A DNA stretch of 64,000 bases from Nitrososphaeria archaeon (GCA_029775965.1 JARVJU010000010.1:1581-65580), one strand, 5' to 3'; positions 1 to 9,781 are shown, counted from the stretch's first letter. The notes: a model not told the origin generated them from the letters alone. Made by a program: numbers and translations.

Positions 1-1181
1 AACTTACACTGAGACTGAAGGTTGGGAAAAACGTAATGAGTTTTGGCAGAGTACAGACATCTACACTTTGGATCATAGTGCAAAGGGAAAGAGAGATTAA
101 CTCATTTGTGTCTAAGCCATACTGGGAAATTATAGCTGATGTCGAAGGCACCAAGTTTACTCATGTTTCTTCCCCCTTCTTTGATAAAGAAAAGGCTGAG
201 CAGATTTTTAGTAAAGCGAAAGGCAGTAAGGTAATGAGCTGCTCAAATATTACAAAAAATGTTGAGGAGATAAGGCCGCCCAGACCTTTAAACACAGCAG
301 ATATGCTGAAGGTAGCTACTGGCCTGATGCATATTTCACCAAGCAGAGTCATGTCCCTAGCTGAGAAGCTCTATCTGTATGGCAGGATAACATACCCTAG
401 AGTTGAAAATCAGACTTACACTTCGAGTTTTAATCACAGAGCAAACTTGGGAAGACTTCAGGCTACTTCACTGGCTGATTATGTAAAATCTTTGATGGCA
501 AGAGATATCTTGCAGCCAAGCAAAGGCAGATATCATGAAGACCATGAGCCTATAACACCTATAGCGCCAATAACAGAAGTGAATGATCTTCATCTTCGCA
601 GGTTATATGAAATAATTCTTCGCCACTATCTTTCTATTTTTGGCCCTCCAGCCAAGTTGCTTAACACAAAGGTGGAAGGCGTCATCAACGAAGAACTTTT
701 TACAGCAGAAGGTAAAGAAGTTTTAGAGCCCGGATTCTACAAAGTATATTACTATTCAGTAAGAGAGAAGAAACTGTCGAGGGAATTCAGAAAGAATATG
801 GATTATTCTGTAAATAGCATAGATATTGTGGAAAAGAAAACAGAACCTCCTCCGAGATTTACACTGCAATCTTTGCTAGCAGAAATGGAGAAGCTAGGGA
901 TAGGGACAAAGAGTACCAGACCGCAAATGATAGACATACTAAGACGAAGGAAATACATAGATGTAAAGGGTATGATTGTTTATCCTACAGTAACAGGGTT
1001 GAAGCTGATCGAGTATATAGGGGATAGATGGATGGATTATATATCACCAGAATTTACAGCAAGAGTTGAAGAGGAGATGCGCAAGATTTCAGAAGGAAAA
1101 AAAGACTGGATGGAGCTGGTTGAAGATGAGCGGAAAAATTTCTCCAATGCCATACAGAGGATAAGGCAGAATACTGACTAA
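1..1181 (+). CDS. topA: DNA topoisomerase type IA (TopA/Topo III-like), 5' end lies outside the window
   Basis: The frame is open from base 3, with no stop before the listed ATG at 36. Type IA signatures: GRVQTSTL (GRVQTPTL-like), EINSF..PYWEI, and the active-site Tyr context GRITYPRVENQ. Stop TAA 1179-1181. Confidence 0.88.
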   Translation, partial: LTLRLKVGKNVMSFGRVQTSTLWIIVQREREINSFVSKPYWEIIADVEGTKFTHVSSPFFDKEKAEQIFSKAKGSKVMSCSNITKNVEEIRPPRPLNTADMLKVATGLMHISPSRVMSLAEKLYLYGRITYPRVENQTYTSSFNHRANLGRLQATSLADYVKSLMARDILQPSKGRYHEDHEPITPIAPITEVNDLHLRRLYEIILRHYLSIFGPPAKLLNTKVEGVINEELFTAEGKEVLEPGFYKVYYYSVREKKLSREFRKNMDYSVNSIDIVEKKTEPPPRFTLQSLLAEMEKLGIGTKSTRPQMIDILRRRKYIDVKGMIVYPTVTGLKLIEYIGDRWMDYISPEFTARVEEEMRKISEGKKDWMELVEDERKNFSNAIQRIRQNTD

Positions 1182-1234
1182 AATTGATGTGCTTTATCAG
1201 AGCGTTATGCAGATTCTCTATAGACGAGCAGAGA

Positions 1235-1265
1235 TTAATACTTTTACAGTAGAGTAAAGTATTAA
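1235..1265. repeat. Perfect 10-bp inverted repeat (hairpin TTAATACTTT / AAAGTATTAA, 11-nt loop) about 55 bp downstream of topA
   Basis: The arms at 1235-1244 and 1256-1265 are exact reverse complements. A role as terminator or RNA 3' structure is speculative. Confidence 0.5.
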
Positions 1266-1424
1266 CTGATCATCTTACTGAATTTTACAAACAGAGGTTT
1301 ACAAGATAAACGAGAGATCTACAAAAGGTCTAATAGCTCTTTATTCCAGCTCTTCTATTTGATCTAAAAGATAATTAATTCTTGATGTATGTTTTTAGCA
1401 GACTTGTAATTATAGACGAACAAA

Positions 1425-2327
1425 TTGAAACCTCTATTTGGTGTAAACATAAACCCTGACTCCAAGCATATAGATGACTCTTTTGCTATTGCAAAGCTGG
1501 CTGATTTGTATGGCTTGGACATGATAGGCATGCAGGATCATCCGTACAATCCAAACTTCCTTGACACATGGACCTTTCTTACCGCTCTAGCTATGTCAAC
1601 CAAGATGGTTCATCTTATGATAAACGTTGCAGACTTGCCACTGAGACCCCCTGCTATGCTTGCGAAGGCAGTTGCTTCACTTGACCTGATCACAAAAGGA
1701 AGGATAGAATTAGGAATGGGAGCAGGAGCTTTCTGGGACGGTATAGAATCACTTGGAGGTATAAGGAGAGAGCCTAAAGAGGCAGTAGATGCGTTTGAAG
1801 AAGCATTGAAAATTATAAAGTTGCTTCTTAATACTGAAAGTAGTCAGCAACAGGTTAGTTTTACTGGTAGATACTACAGCTTGAAAAATGCTCAATTTGG
1901 GCCAAAACCCTATCATGCTATCAGAATCTGGGTTGGTGGATACGGAGCAAGGATGCTAAAGCTGACAGGTCAGCTTGCTGACGGATGGACAATATCCCTT
2001 CCTTATCTACCTGCGGAAAACATACCAAGCAAGAAGATGATAATAGAGCAATCAGCGAAGGAGGCTAAAAGAGAGCCTTCATCAATTATTGTCAATTATA
2101 ACTTTGGTGGGCTTATAGTTAACGATAACTATAAGCATGCAACCTCTAGCACAAACGTAATAATTGCTACTGTGAATGAATGGGTAGATATTCTTCAATA
2201 CTTCTACAGGCTTGGTATAAACTCATTCAATTTCTGGCCCGCTGGAAAAGATAAGATAGCCCAGTCTGAGTTGTTTGCTAAAGAAGTGGTTCCAAGGGCA
2301 AAGAGGTCTTTTGCTTCTGTTGCATAA
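1425..2327 (+). CDS. Luciferase-like monooxygenase (LLM) family, F420-dependent oxidoreductase-like
   Basis: LLM pattern: GLDMIGMQDHP, RPPAMLAKAVASLDLITKGRIELGMGAG, ADGW. TTG start. Confidence 0.78.
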   Translation: MKPLFGVNINPDSKHIDDSFAIAKLADLYGLDMIGMQDHPYNPNFLDTWTFLTALAMSTKMVHLMINVADLPLRPPAMLAKAVASLDLITKGRIELGMGAGAFWDGIESLGGIRREPKEAVDAFEEALKIIKLLLNTESSQQQVSFTGRYYSLKNAQFGPKPYHAIRIWVGGYGARMLKLTGQLADGWTISLPYLPAENIPSKKMIIEQSAKEAKREPSSIIVNYNFGGLIVNDNYKHATSSTNVIIATVNEWVDILQYFYRLGINSFNFWPAGKDKIAQSELFAKEVVPRAKRSFASVA

Positions 2328-2352
2328 TTAATATGATCTAAATTGATATAAT

Positions 2353-2733
2353 CTATCTTCTAAGGGCGCCCCCAATTAAGCCACCGATAGAAGATATTAT
2401 TGCTCCGCCAAGAGATATAACAAGAAATATTCCTCCTATTGATGTGCCTATTAGACCCCCCAGAATACCAGCGATCAGAGTACCGATCAAAGCTAGTAGA
2501 AACGACAGGATTATTGCACCAGCAACACCAGCTATAAAACCGGCAACAAGCCCTCTTGCACTGCCTCTTGCTATGGCTCCTGCCACTATACCCGATATCA
2601 AAGCGCCAAGCACTGGTATCCAGCCTAAAACGATCATGAGCAAAAAGCCTGCAAATGCTCCAACAACTATGCTCCCTTTTGATGATTGTGCCAAGTAATT
2701 GGTATACCAAAAGCTAGGTATATAATGGTTCAT
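2353..2733 (-). CDS. Small Gly/Ala/Ile-rich integral membrane protein (DUF5518-like)
   Basis: 126 aa with 3-4 predicted TM helices made of GxxxG-type repeats (GALISGIVAGAIARG, GGLIGTSIGGIF). The overlapping ORFs 2360-2710 and 2444-2698 are frame artefacts. Confidence 0.6.
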   Translation of the reverse strand: MNHYIPSFWYTNYLAQSSKGSIVVGAFAGFLLMIVLGWIPVLGALISGIVAGAIARGSARGLVAGFIAGVAGAIILSFLLALIGTLIAGILGGLIGTSIGGIFLVISLGGAIISSIGGLIGGALRR

Positions 2734-2842
2734 GAAAACTTTTTAAAATCAGTTTTTACGAGGAAGAATCTTTGACTTTCTAGAAGCAGATTTGTTATAA
2801 GCTGTTATAGCAAAGGATAGTCAATAAATATAACCTAGACTT

Positions 2843-3082
2843 ATGAACTTTGCCGTGTCATACTGCTACGCATACTCAAAGATTGATAGAGAGTGTGTAG
2901 ACCTGACAGAAAGAGAATACCTTATTCTTAAGGTAGTATGTGCAGAAAAAGAGGGCGTAAGTTTTAGTTCGATCAAAAGGCAGACATCCTTTCACCAAGA
3001 AGTTTTATCTCGAGCTCTCAAAAGGCTCTTGATTTATGGCGTGATAGAGAGATCAGAAGGCAGGTATTTATGCCCGAGTTAG
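2843..3082 (+). CDS. Small winged-helix DNA-binding protein (ArsR/MarR-like)
   Basis: 79 aa. LTEREYLILKVV...GVSFSSIKRQTSFHQEVLSRALKRLLIYGVIERSEGRY fits an HTH plus wing pattern. Confidence 0.55.
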   Translation: MNFAVSYCYAYSKIDRECVDLTEREYLILKVVCAEKEGVSFSSIKRQTSFHQEVLSRALKRLLIYGVIERSEGRYLCPS

Positions 3083-3126
3083 TCAATAAATCCATATTTT
3101 ACGATAGCTGTGGGGGTGAAATAATT

Positions 3127-3201
3127 ATGAAGGAAGCATGTTGCAACACTTGTTCCTGTTGCTGCGAAACTAATGAAAAAAATGAACCTGGAAAGCAATA
3201 G
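3127..3201 (+). CDS. Candidate Cys-rich micro-ORF (24 aa), unknown function
   Basis: Not in the ORF track (<60 aa). ATG 3127 is preceded by GGGGGTGA (3112-3119, 7-nt spacer). Translation MKEACCNTCSCCCETNEKNEPGKQ has 6 Cys in 24 aa. Stop TAG 3199-3201. Confidence 0.3.
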   Translation: MKEACCNTCSCCCETNEKNEPGKQ

Positions 3202-3423
3202 GCTTGCAATGCATCAAAAATCTTAAGTTCTGCTTCGCTTAACTTTCTTTACTTGCATAAGTCTTATTTCATATCCCTCATGAAATTCAGCAAGCCTAAG
3301 ACTAGAAACATAAGTACATGAAATAGGTGGCAAGGCACGCTTGAAAAGGAAGGATTAATTAGAGCACATAATAGAGATGTAATTAATGCAGTCCTTGTGT
3401 TCTAAATGTATAGCGAGGGATAA

Positions 3424-4107
3424 TGCCTGAGCGATACTTCCATAGATACTAGCAACAAGCAGAGGATGAAAAGTTGTTGGGCATGCGTAATGCAAACATA
3501 TCACAGATACAATTATATTTTATTAATATTTGGAATTCGTGCCCAAAATGATTTTGGCCTCGGGATGGCTAACAGTATAGCAGCAATTATGGCTGGAGCA
3601 GAAGTTGCACACGTAACTGTTAACGGGATCGGAGAAAGGACAGGTAACACGTCACTTGAAGAGCTTGTTATGGCGTTGCGCCTGCTATACGGAATCACCA
3701 CATCAGTCAGAGCAGAAAGATTGAGAGATCTATCAAAGCTAGTCGAAAGTCTATCTGGAATTAATCTACCACCTCAAAAGCCAGTGGTTGGTGATGATAT
3801 ATTTACTATAGAGTCAGGAATCATTGCAGGATGGTGGAGAAGACTGGAGAAGATAGATATGCCATTAGAGATGTATCCATTTGTACCTGAGCTTGTAGGG
3901 CATGGTAAGATAGAAGTAATTCTAGGCAAAAAGAGCGGTAAGGATTCAATATACTACATGCTGGAGAAGAAAGGTATGGAAATGGATGAAAAGGAAGTGG
4001 AAAAAGTCCTCACAGAAGTAAAGGAGCTCTCGATAAAGAATAAGCGCTATGTCACGAATGATGAATTCATGGCCATAGTAAAAAAGCATAAAAATAAAGC
4101 TGCATAA
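3424..4107 (+). pseudogene. 5'-truncated DRE-TIM metallolyase gene (isopropylmalate/citramalate/homocitrate synthase family); C-terminal half only
   Basis: Contains NDFGLGMANSIAAIMAGAEVAHVTVNGIGERTGNTSLEELVMAL and PPQKPVVGDDIFTIESGI, typical of the second half of the barrel. The HxH metal motif reads RAQ. The roughly 190 N-terminal residues are absent: the frame closes at TAA 3421-3423 and the 380-bp upstream gap has no homologous frame. Confidence 0.6.
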
Positions 4108-4136
4108 AAGTCATTTCAAAGCAAATAAAGCAGAAG

Positions 4137-5528
4137 CTAATCTGCTGTTATCTTTCTGTTGATACCGAATTCTTTTTCATAATTTGAAGCGAGGTTCAAT
4201 ACGATATCGTCCCTATTCTCTTTTCCGACAACCTGCATACCTATAGGCAAACCATTACCTGTTAGAAAAGCTGGTATGCTAATAGCCGGAAGCCCTGTAA
4301 CGTTAAACGGTACGGTAAAAGAGCTCAGCACCTGATATACGTCATACTCCTTTCCAGCAATGTCAATTCTATTCTGACCAATTTTAGGTGCAATAGCTGC
4401 TACCGAAGGGGTTATCATCACTCCGTCCTCTGGTATATCCTGATTGGTTTTTGAGGCAAGCTTCTCCTTTTCGTCTAAAGCCCTGATATAGTCAACGGCG
4501 CTATACTGTTCTCCAGCTCTTAACCTGTTTAGTACGTCTTTGCCATAATCATTCGGTCTGCTCCGGTACCAGTCATAATGGTATGCCAGTGCCTCGCCGA
4601 ACCTTATCGGTGCCCATACATCCCTAGTCCTTTTTAGATACTCGCAATTCTTATGCTCGAGCTTAATACCAAGCTTCTGAAGGTTTGAAATAAAAAGCTT
4701 AAAGGCCTTGACCACATCTTCTGCAATAGGAATACTCAATAAGCTATCGGGGATTATGGCATTTTTCACACGTAACGGCGATTTGGTAGCTTTGATATAT
4801 TCCCTTCTTTTGTATCTCTTACTATCGGGGTCTCGTGAATCATACCCTGATATGTATTCAAGCGCTGTAGCTATAGCTGCCGTATCTGAAGCTATGGGAC
4901 CTACATGATCAAGGCTTTTACTTAGAGGAAATACACCGTATTTGCTCACCAAGCCATAAGTGGGCTTTAAGCCAAATACGCCACATAAAGCAGCAGGTAT
5001 CCTTATTGAGCCGGAGGTATCTGTACCAAGTGCCAGGGGAACAAGCCCTGCTGCAACCGCTGCTGCTGAACCACCGCTAGAGCCTCCAACTATCCTTTGT
5101 TTATCCCAAGGGTTCTTTGTTGCTCCGAAAAATGGGTTTACAGTTGTTACGCCTGATGCAAACTCGTGAAGATTGGTCGTCCCTACTATTATAGCGCCAG
5201 CTCTTTCCAACTTTTGAACCACTGTAGATGTGTATGATGGGATAAAATCTGAGAGTATCTTTGATCCTACCGTGCACCTTACACCCCTGATGTAAAATAT
5301 ATCCTTTATCGCTATAGGGATACCAGCCAAAGAATCAGGATTCATAAATTCATTTACTCTCCTTTCTGCTAACTCAGCATATCTCTTTGCTCTACTGTCA
5401 AGTATGTTTATGAAAGCATTAATTTCTTGATTTGCTTGCTTGCAACGCTGGATCGTTTTTTCTGTATAGCTTACTGGTTTCTCTTTACCCGACAGATAAG
5501 CTTCTTTTATCTTTTTTATTAACTGCAT
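4137..5528 (-). CDS. Amidase-signature family amidase (GatA-like)
   Basis: GGSSGGSAAAVAAG plus GTDTSGSIRIPA signature. The track ORF starts at TTG 5624, but ATG at 5526-5528 (MQLIKKIKEAY...) fits the family N-terminus better. Confidence 0.85.
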   Translation of the reverse strand: MQLIKKIKEAYLSGKEKPVSYTEKTIQRCKQANQEINAFINILDSRAKRYAELAERRVNEFMNPDSLAGIPIAIKDIFYIRGVRCTVGSKILSDFIPSYTSTVVQKLERAGAIIVGTTNLHEFASGVTTVNPFFGATKNPWDKQRIVGGSSGGSAAAVAAGLVPLALGTDTSGSIRIPAALCGVFGLKPTYGLVSKYGVFPLSKSLDHVGPIASDTAAIATALEYISGYDSRDPDSKRYKRREYIKATKSPLRVKNAIIPDSLLSIPIAEDVVKAFKLFISNLQKLGIKLEHKNCEYLKRTRDVWAPIRFGEALAYHYDWYRSRPNDYGKDVLNRLRAGEQYSAVDYIRALDEKEKLASKTNQDIPEDGVMITPSVAAIAPKIGQNRIDIAGKEYDVYQVLSSFTVPFNVTGLPAISIPAFLTGNGLPIGMQVVGKENRDDIVLNLASNYEKEFGINRKITAD

Positions 5529-5964
5529 CCCGTCCACCCTAGAGCATGCAAAACGGTTGTAAAATAGTCTATCTTCGGTGCACATTACCTTAGTTGACAG
5601 AGTCTCTGTCGAAATGTTAAGCAAATTGGTTCTATTATAAGTGTCTCTTCCGTCTTAAACAGAACCTCGAATAAGATGCACTGCACTTTGGGTAAATGAC
5701 GTCTTCTCTTTCCATACAGTTCTTTCTGATCATGTATGCAATAAAATTCCTAACCAGACTTACAATAGCCTAGCATCTAATGCAATATATCAGCGAAAGA
5801 ACAGGACAGTAGCAAGGAAGAGATCCAAAAAGTCCTTAAGACAAGACCAAGCTATCAGTATGAATTTTTAGCCCGACAACAACTCTACACGTTATGCTAA
5901 TTAAAACCATGAACTCTCTGATGTGTTAAAGTTAAAAAATAATAAATTTGTAACCAAGAGGTTG

Positions 5965-6981
5965 TTAAGGTGTAGTTGAATTCCACAGATATGGATTCGT
6001 AGCGTTCACTGTGAAGTGCTCGAAGAGGTTACTGTTTGCATCGCTGATCTGTGCTACTGTAGCAACTCCTGGTATAACAATCTGTGCAGAAGGGTCACCC
6101 AAAGTCTTCCAGATAGGATTATTCTGATTGGCATCTACAACAGCTGAAGAATGCGTAGTTAATGCAGCCTCTAAATTCTGGAAAGAGCTTAAGCAGTTTT
6201 GAGTTGGATTCGTTAGATTTGATGGAATGACTTGGCTACATGTGCCAGTTACCGCATTAGGCATAATGTTAGGATCAAATACCAGCACCACAACCGTATA
6301 CCATGGAATAACTGTAAAGCAGCAGTTTATGAGATGATCATGTGCAGGAGTTGGTAAGACACCTTCTGGTAGTCCGCCGTATCCACTAGTTATTCCCAGA
6401 TTTTGTTCTACTGCTGTAAAGAATGGTGAATACAAAAGCAATGGATGGTCGGGACACGCAGAAGGGGTACCACTGGCACCACATTGTGTTATTATCGTCT
6501 GATTATCAAATGTAGGATAGCCTAGGCTTGTCGCACCTAGCGCCTGAACGCCAAATATAGATAGCCCGGCATATGCTGGTACCAGCACCCATAGAGGCAC
6601 TGCTCCTTGCTCTGCAGTAGCGTTACCCTCTCCAACCTCGCATCCTGTCATTACAGATGCGCTACTCTGCTGAGGGAAATAATGTGATAGGGGTGGCGTG
6701 CAGTTAAATGTATAAGGATAGAAGAAGGTGACAACCTGTCCGTTATAAAAACCTGGAGTCCTTGCCATCTGAGCCTTCATAATATCATTTTGAAGCGATG
6801 CTATTTGCCCGTTGTCGAGGCTGACCTGAGTCTTAAGCGAGTTGATCTGTGATTGTAGAGAGGAGACCTGCGACTGCAGACCGCTTGACTGTGATTGTCC
6901 ATAAACATATAAGCCTAACCCAGAGCCAGCAAGTATTATGAGAATCGCTGTTATAACGCCAAATATTGTATTAGATACCAT
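5965..6981 (-). CDS. Membrane-anchored extracellular Cys-rich protein with coiled-coil stalk, unknown function
   Basis: N-terminal TM helix (IFGVITAILIILAGSGLGLYVY). Gln/Ser heptad region (LQSQVSSLQSQINSLKTQV). Then a globular part with about 10 Cys and several N-x-S/T sequons (NCT, NAT, NQT, NLT, NST). Confidence 0.6.
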   Translation of the reverse strand: MVSNTIFGVITAILIILAGSGLGLYVYGQSQSSGLQSQVSSLQSQINSLKTQVSLDNGQIASLQNDIMKAQMARTPGFYNGQVVTFFYPYTFNCTPPLSHYFPQQSSASVMTGCEVGEGNATAEQGAVPLWVLVPAYAGLSIFGVQALGATSLGYPTFDNQTIITQCGASGTPSACPDHPLLLYSPFFTAVEQNLGITSGYGGLPEGVLPTPAHDHLINCCFTVIPWYTVVVLVFDPNIMPNAVTGTCSQVIPSNLTNPTQNCLSSFQNLEAALTTHSSAVVDANQNNPIWKTLGDPSAQIVIPGVATVAQISDANSNLFEHFTVNATNPYLWNSTTP

Positions 6982-7020
6982 CTTGTCCTGTTATCGAAAG
7001 ACATATATAAATACATTTAT

Positions 7021-7629
7021 GTGTTTTTATTACGGGGTGGTGCGTTGAAAGACACAAAGACGAAGATTCTTTCAATATTACTGAGAGGAGGTAAAACCGC
7101 AGATCTTATAGCCTCCACATTAGCTATACAGAAGAGTGCCGTAAGAAGGCATTTAGAGCAGTTGATAAAATCAGGAAAGGTATATTCTACATTCGAGAAA
7201 AAGGGTGTTGGCAGGCCCCTCAGGCTATACTGGATAACATTAGAAGGAAGGGAACTATTCACAACACAGTATCACTATCTTCTAAACCAGCTTCTTGATG
7301 AGCTTGAAAGTAAAGCTAGTGATGAGTCATCAAGGTTCATGAAGAATATAGCAAAAAAAATGTCACTAAGTTCAAACGTGAAAGATATGACATCTTTGAA
7401 AGATTACCTTGATTCCTTTGGTTTTGAAACCGATGTAGCCGAGAAAGACGACTATAAAAGCATCTACAGCTATAATTGCCCTGTCCTAAAAGTTGCAAAA
7501 AGGCATCAGCAAGCTATTTGTCAGGCATTTCATACATCTTTACTTGCTGATATACTGAAAGCTGAAAAGATTAACCTTGAAAAATGCATGGTCTGGAATG
7601 ATCCTTACTGCCTGCATACGATAAACTGA
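7021..7629 (+). CDS. ArsR-type wHTH regulator with C-terminal Cys/His-containing domain
   Basis: KILSILLRGGKTADLIASTLAIQKSAVRRHLEQLIKSGKV (HTH), then YNCPVLKVAKRHQQAICQAFH...CMVWNDPYCLH. Transcribed divergently from 5965-6981. Confidence 0.7.
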   Translation: MFLLRGGALKDTKTKILSILLRGGKTADLIASTLAIQKSAVRRHLEQLIKSGKVYSTFEKKGVGRPLRLYWITLEGRELFTTQYHYLLNQLLDELESKASDESSRFMKNIAKKMSLSSNVKDMTSLKDYLDSFGFETDVAEKDDYKSIYSYNCPVLKVAKRHQQAICQAFHTSLLADILKAEKINLEKCMVWNDPYCLHTIN

Positions 7630-7681
7630 TATTTAATTTCTTAGAAATGGCTAAGTATATGAATAAAAAAATAAGCCTATA

Positions 7682-8029
7682 ATGATTAAGGTAAAGAGAG
7701 TTTACGAGCCTGCAAGCGATGATGATGGAAAAAGAATATTGGTGGACAGGCTTTGGCCTAGAGGTCTAAAAAAGGATGCAGCAAAGATTGACCTCTGGCT
7801 AAGGGATATAGCACCAAGTGACTCTCTTAGGAAATGGTTCATGCATGATCCATCCAAATGGGAACAGTTTAAGATTAGATATGCAAAAGAGCTGTTTGAC
7901 AAAAAACAGATCGTAGATAGGATAAAGAGTCTGGAAAGGGAAAACAATACAGTCACATTACTTTTTTCCTCTAAAGAAGAGAGGTACAATAATGCTGTCG
8001 CTCTCAGAGATTATATAAAAAGTCTCTAG
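7682..8029 (+). CDS. DUF488 (YeaO-like) family protein
   Basis: MIKVKRVYEPASDDDGKRILVDRLWPRGLKKDAAKIDLWLRDIAPSDSLRKWF is the characteristic DUF488 N-terminal pattern. Confidence 0.8.
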   Translation: MIKVKRVYEPASDDDGKRILVDRLWPRGLKKDAAKIDLWLRDIAPSDSLRKWFMHDPSKWEQFKIRYAKELFDKKQIVDRIKSLERENNTVTLLFSSKEERYNNAVALRDYIKSL

Positions 8030-8032
8030 ACA

Positions 8033-9004
8033 TCAGAACCTCGCTCGACTGAATACTTGTAGCTCTTCATCATTTTTATGTGCCAAAATACTTGCAAGTT
8101 CTGATATCCATTTTTCCGGCCAGCCTGAGCCGAACTGCCAGTAGCCTAAACCAAAACCGTAGACTTCTCTATTTTTAAAAGCTGGGGATTCCTTAAGCTC
8201 TGGGAAGAGAGTAAGTATATAATTTGCTGTTGGAAGGATCCTCGTGAACACTATTATATCTGCCTCTGTAGCTTTTTCGGCTACCCAGTCTCTAGTAGAA
8301 GGTAAGCTACCTTTTGCGTGCTCATCAGGGGTCAAGGTCTTTCCTCCGAAATGTCTGATACTTCCTCCTACGTATGATTCACCTCCAGTTATGTACACTT
8401 GACCTTTGACATCGCAAAGCCACAAAACATTTGGAGATGATGATGCAGTATGTTTGTATTGTGAATATATTTCTCTTACTCTATCCAATACAAATTCTGA
8501 CTCTTGTTTCCTGTCTATGAATAAGGCTATAAAATTCAACCACTCTATTCTCTTCAAAATATCACTTTCATACCACTCGTCAACAACAGCGTAAGGGATC
8601 CCTATCTTTTTCAGAAGATATGGTATTCTTGGAGAATCCCTCGGGAATGCATATGTGAACACTATGCTCGGGTTAAGCAAGGCAAGATGATGCATGCTGT
8701 CTATAGGTATAAGCTTCTTAGAGTTTATCCTTGCTTTTATATCCTGCAATACCCAGAGCACTTCTTGTGCCCCGAGAACACCCATACAGCAGTCTATGGT
8801 ACCTTGTCTGCATTCTTCAAGCCTACAAAGCCATGACATGTATGTAGATGCTGCTACTATAGTCCTGCTCAGAGGAATAATAAACTTCTGTTCCTCACCC
8901 ACATTATATTCCCTATCTTTTCGGCAAAGCAGAAGCCTTCTGCCAATACCATCTTTTACCATACTCGCATTGGAATCTATCTTTTCGTAGGAGAAGGAGA
9001 CCAT
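8033..9004 (-). CDS. Periplasmic-binding-protein-like (FecB/BtuF/TroA class) protein, no obvious signal peptide
   Basis: The layout resembles Peripla_BP_2: IIPLSRTIVAAS, LNPSIVF, IPYAVVDEW, NVLWL...YITGGESYVGG, EADIIVF, NREVY. The call is weak and was made by eye only. Confidence 0.45.
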   Translation of the reverse strand: MVSFSYEKIDSNASMVKDGIGRRLLLCRKDREYNVGEEQKFIIPLSRTIVAASTYMSWLCRLEECRQGTIDCCMGVLGAQEVLWVLQDIKARINSKKLIPIDSMHHLALLNPSIVFTYAFPRDSPRIPYLLKKIGIPYAVVDEWYESDILKRIEWLNFIALFIDRKQESEFVLDRVREIYSQYKHTASSSPNVLWLCDVKGQVYITGGESYVGGSIRHFGGKTLTPDEHAKGSLPSTRDWVAEKATEADIIVFTRILPTANYILTLFPELKESPAFKNREVYGFGLGYWQFGSGWPEKWISELASILAHKNDEELQVFSRARF

Positions 9005-9358
9005 TAAACTGAGTTAGCAAGCAGAGTAGATTTAGCTTTATCCCTAGGATTCAAGTGATATTTATTAGATTACACAGCTGGGCTAACGCGGATATAAGAT
9101 AGCAAAGTCAAAAGTTCTGACTATTCAATATAAATAAATACTGGGGTCTGTATCGCTATTCGAGTATACCAATATGTTAGCTATAAAATTTAAACACTGT
9201 TCCGGTCTGCATCTGTCATCAAATGAGTAACATAAGATTTATACAAGAACTCCCATTAAAAAAAATAAGAATAGCGTTAGTTTATGCAAATTCTTTTTTA
9301 CTTGGGGACAAACATTTAAATATGATGCGCCGAACAAACTTATTTTTGAGGTGATTTA

Positions 9359-9781
9359 GTGTCTAAAGGATCATTGCCGTTAGAAGAAACGGAGAAGAGG
9401 ATTTTAAATATAAAGAACGAAATATCAAATCTATCCGCATTAAGGAGAAACGCACTTGAAAAACATGATGAAAAGGAACACCTTAGGGCAAGAATAAGAA
9501 TGGTTGAGAAAGCACTTGAAAACTGTCAACTCATCACTAACTATATTGCGAATTTTAACCCTGTAATAGCTGCAAGATTGCAAAAAGAGCATAGAAGAGT
9601 TGAAGAGGAATTAAATAAAATGAAGTTGGTAAACAACACAGAAGCCTTTCATGAATGGATTAGGAATAGCTTCGCACCCATGGTAAGATTTTCGGAGCAG
9701 ACCGCTTACCTAGCAGCCACCTGCTACAGGAGTGTAAAGGAAGGCAGAGCATCCAACTACAGATGGACAAGGAGTAGGTGA
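9359..9781 (+). CDS. Hypothetical coiled-coil protein
   Basis: 140 aa. GTG start preceded by GAGGTGAT (9348-9355). Charged heptad-rich N-terminal two thirds. No motif recognised. Lies 10 bp upstream of the ferredoxin gene. Confidence 0.5.
   Translation: MSKGSLPLEETEKRILNIKNEISNLSALRRNALEKHDEKEHLRARIRMVEKALENCQLITNYIANFNPVIAARLQKEHRRVEEELNKMKLVNNTEAFHEWIRNSFAPMVRFSEQTAYLAATCYRSVKEGRASNYRWTRSR

Noticed and set aside
2360-2710. Alternative-frame and antisense ORFs (2360-2710 minus, 2444-2698 plus) overlapping the Gly-rich membrane protein gene.
   Set aside because: They are by-products of the repetitive GGN/GCN/ATT codon composition. Their translations are low-complexity Arg/Ser/Pro-rich strings with no motifs.
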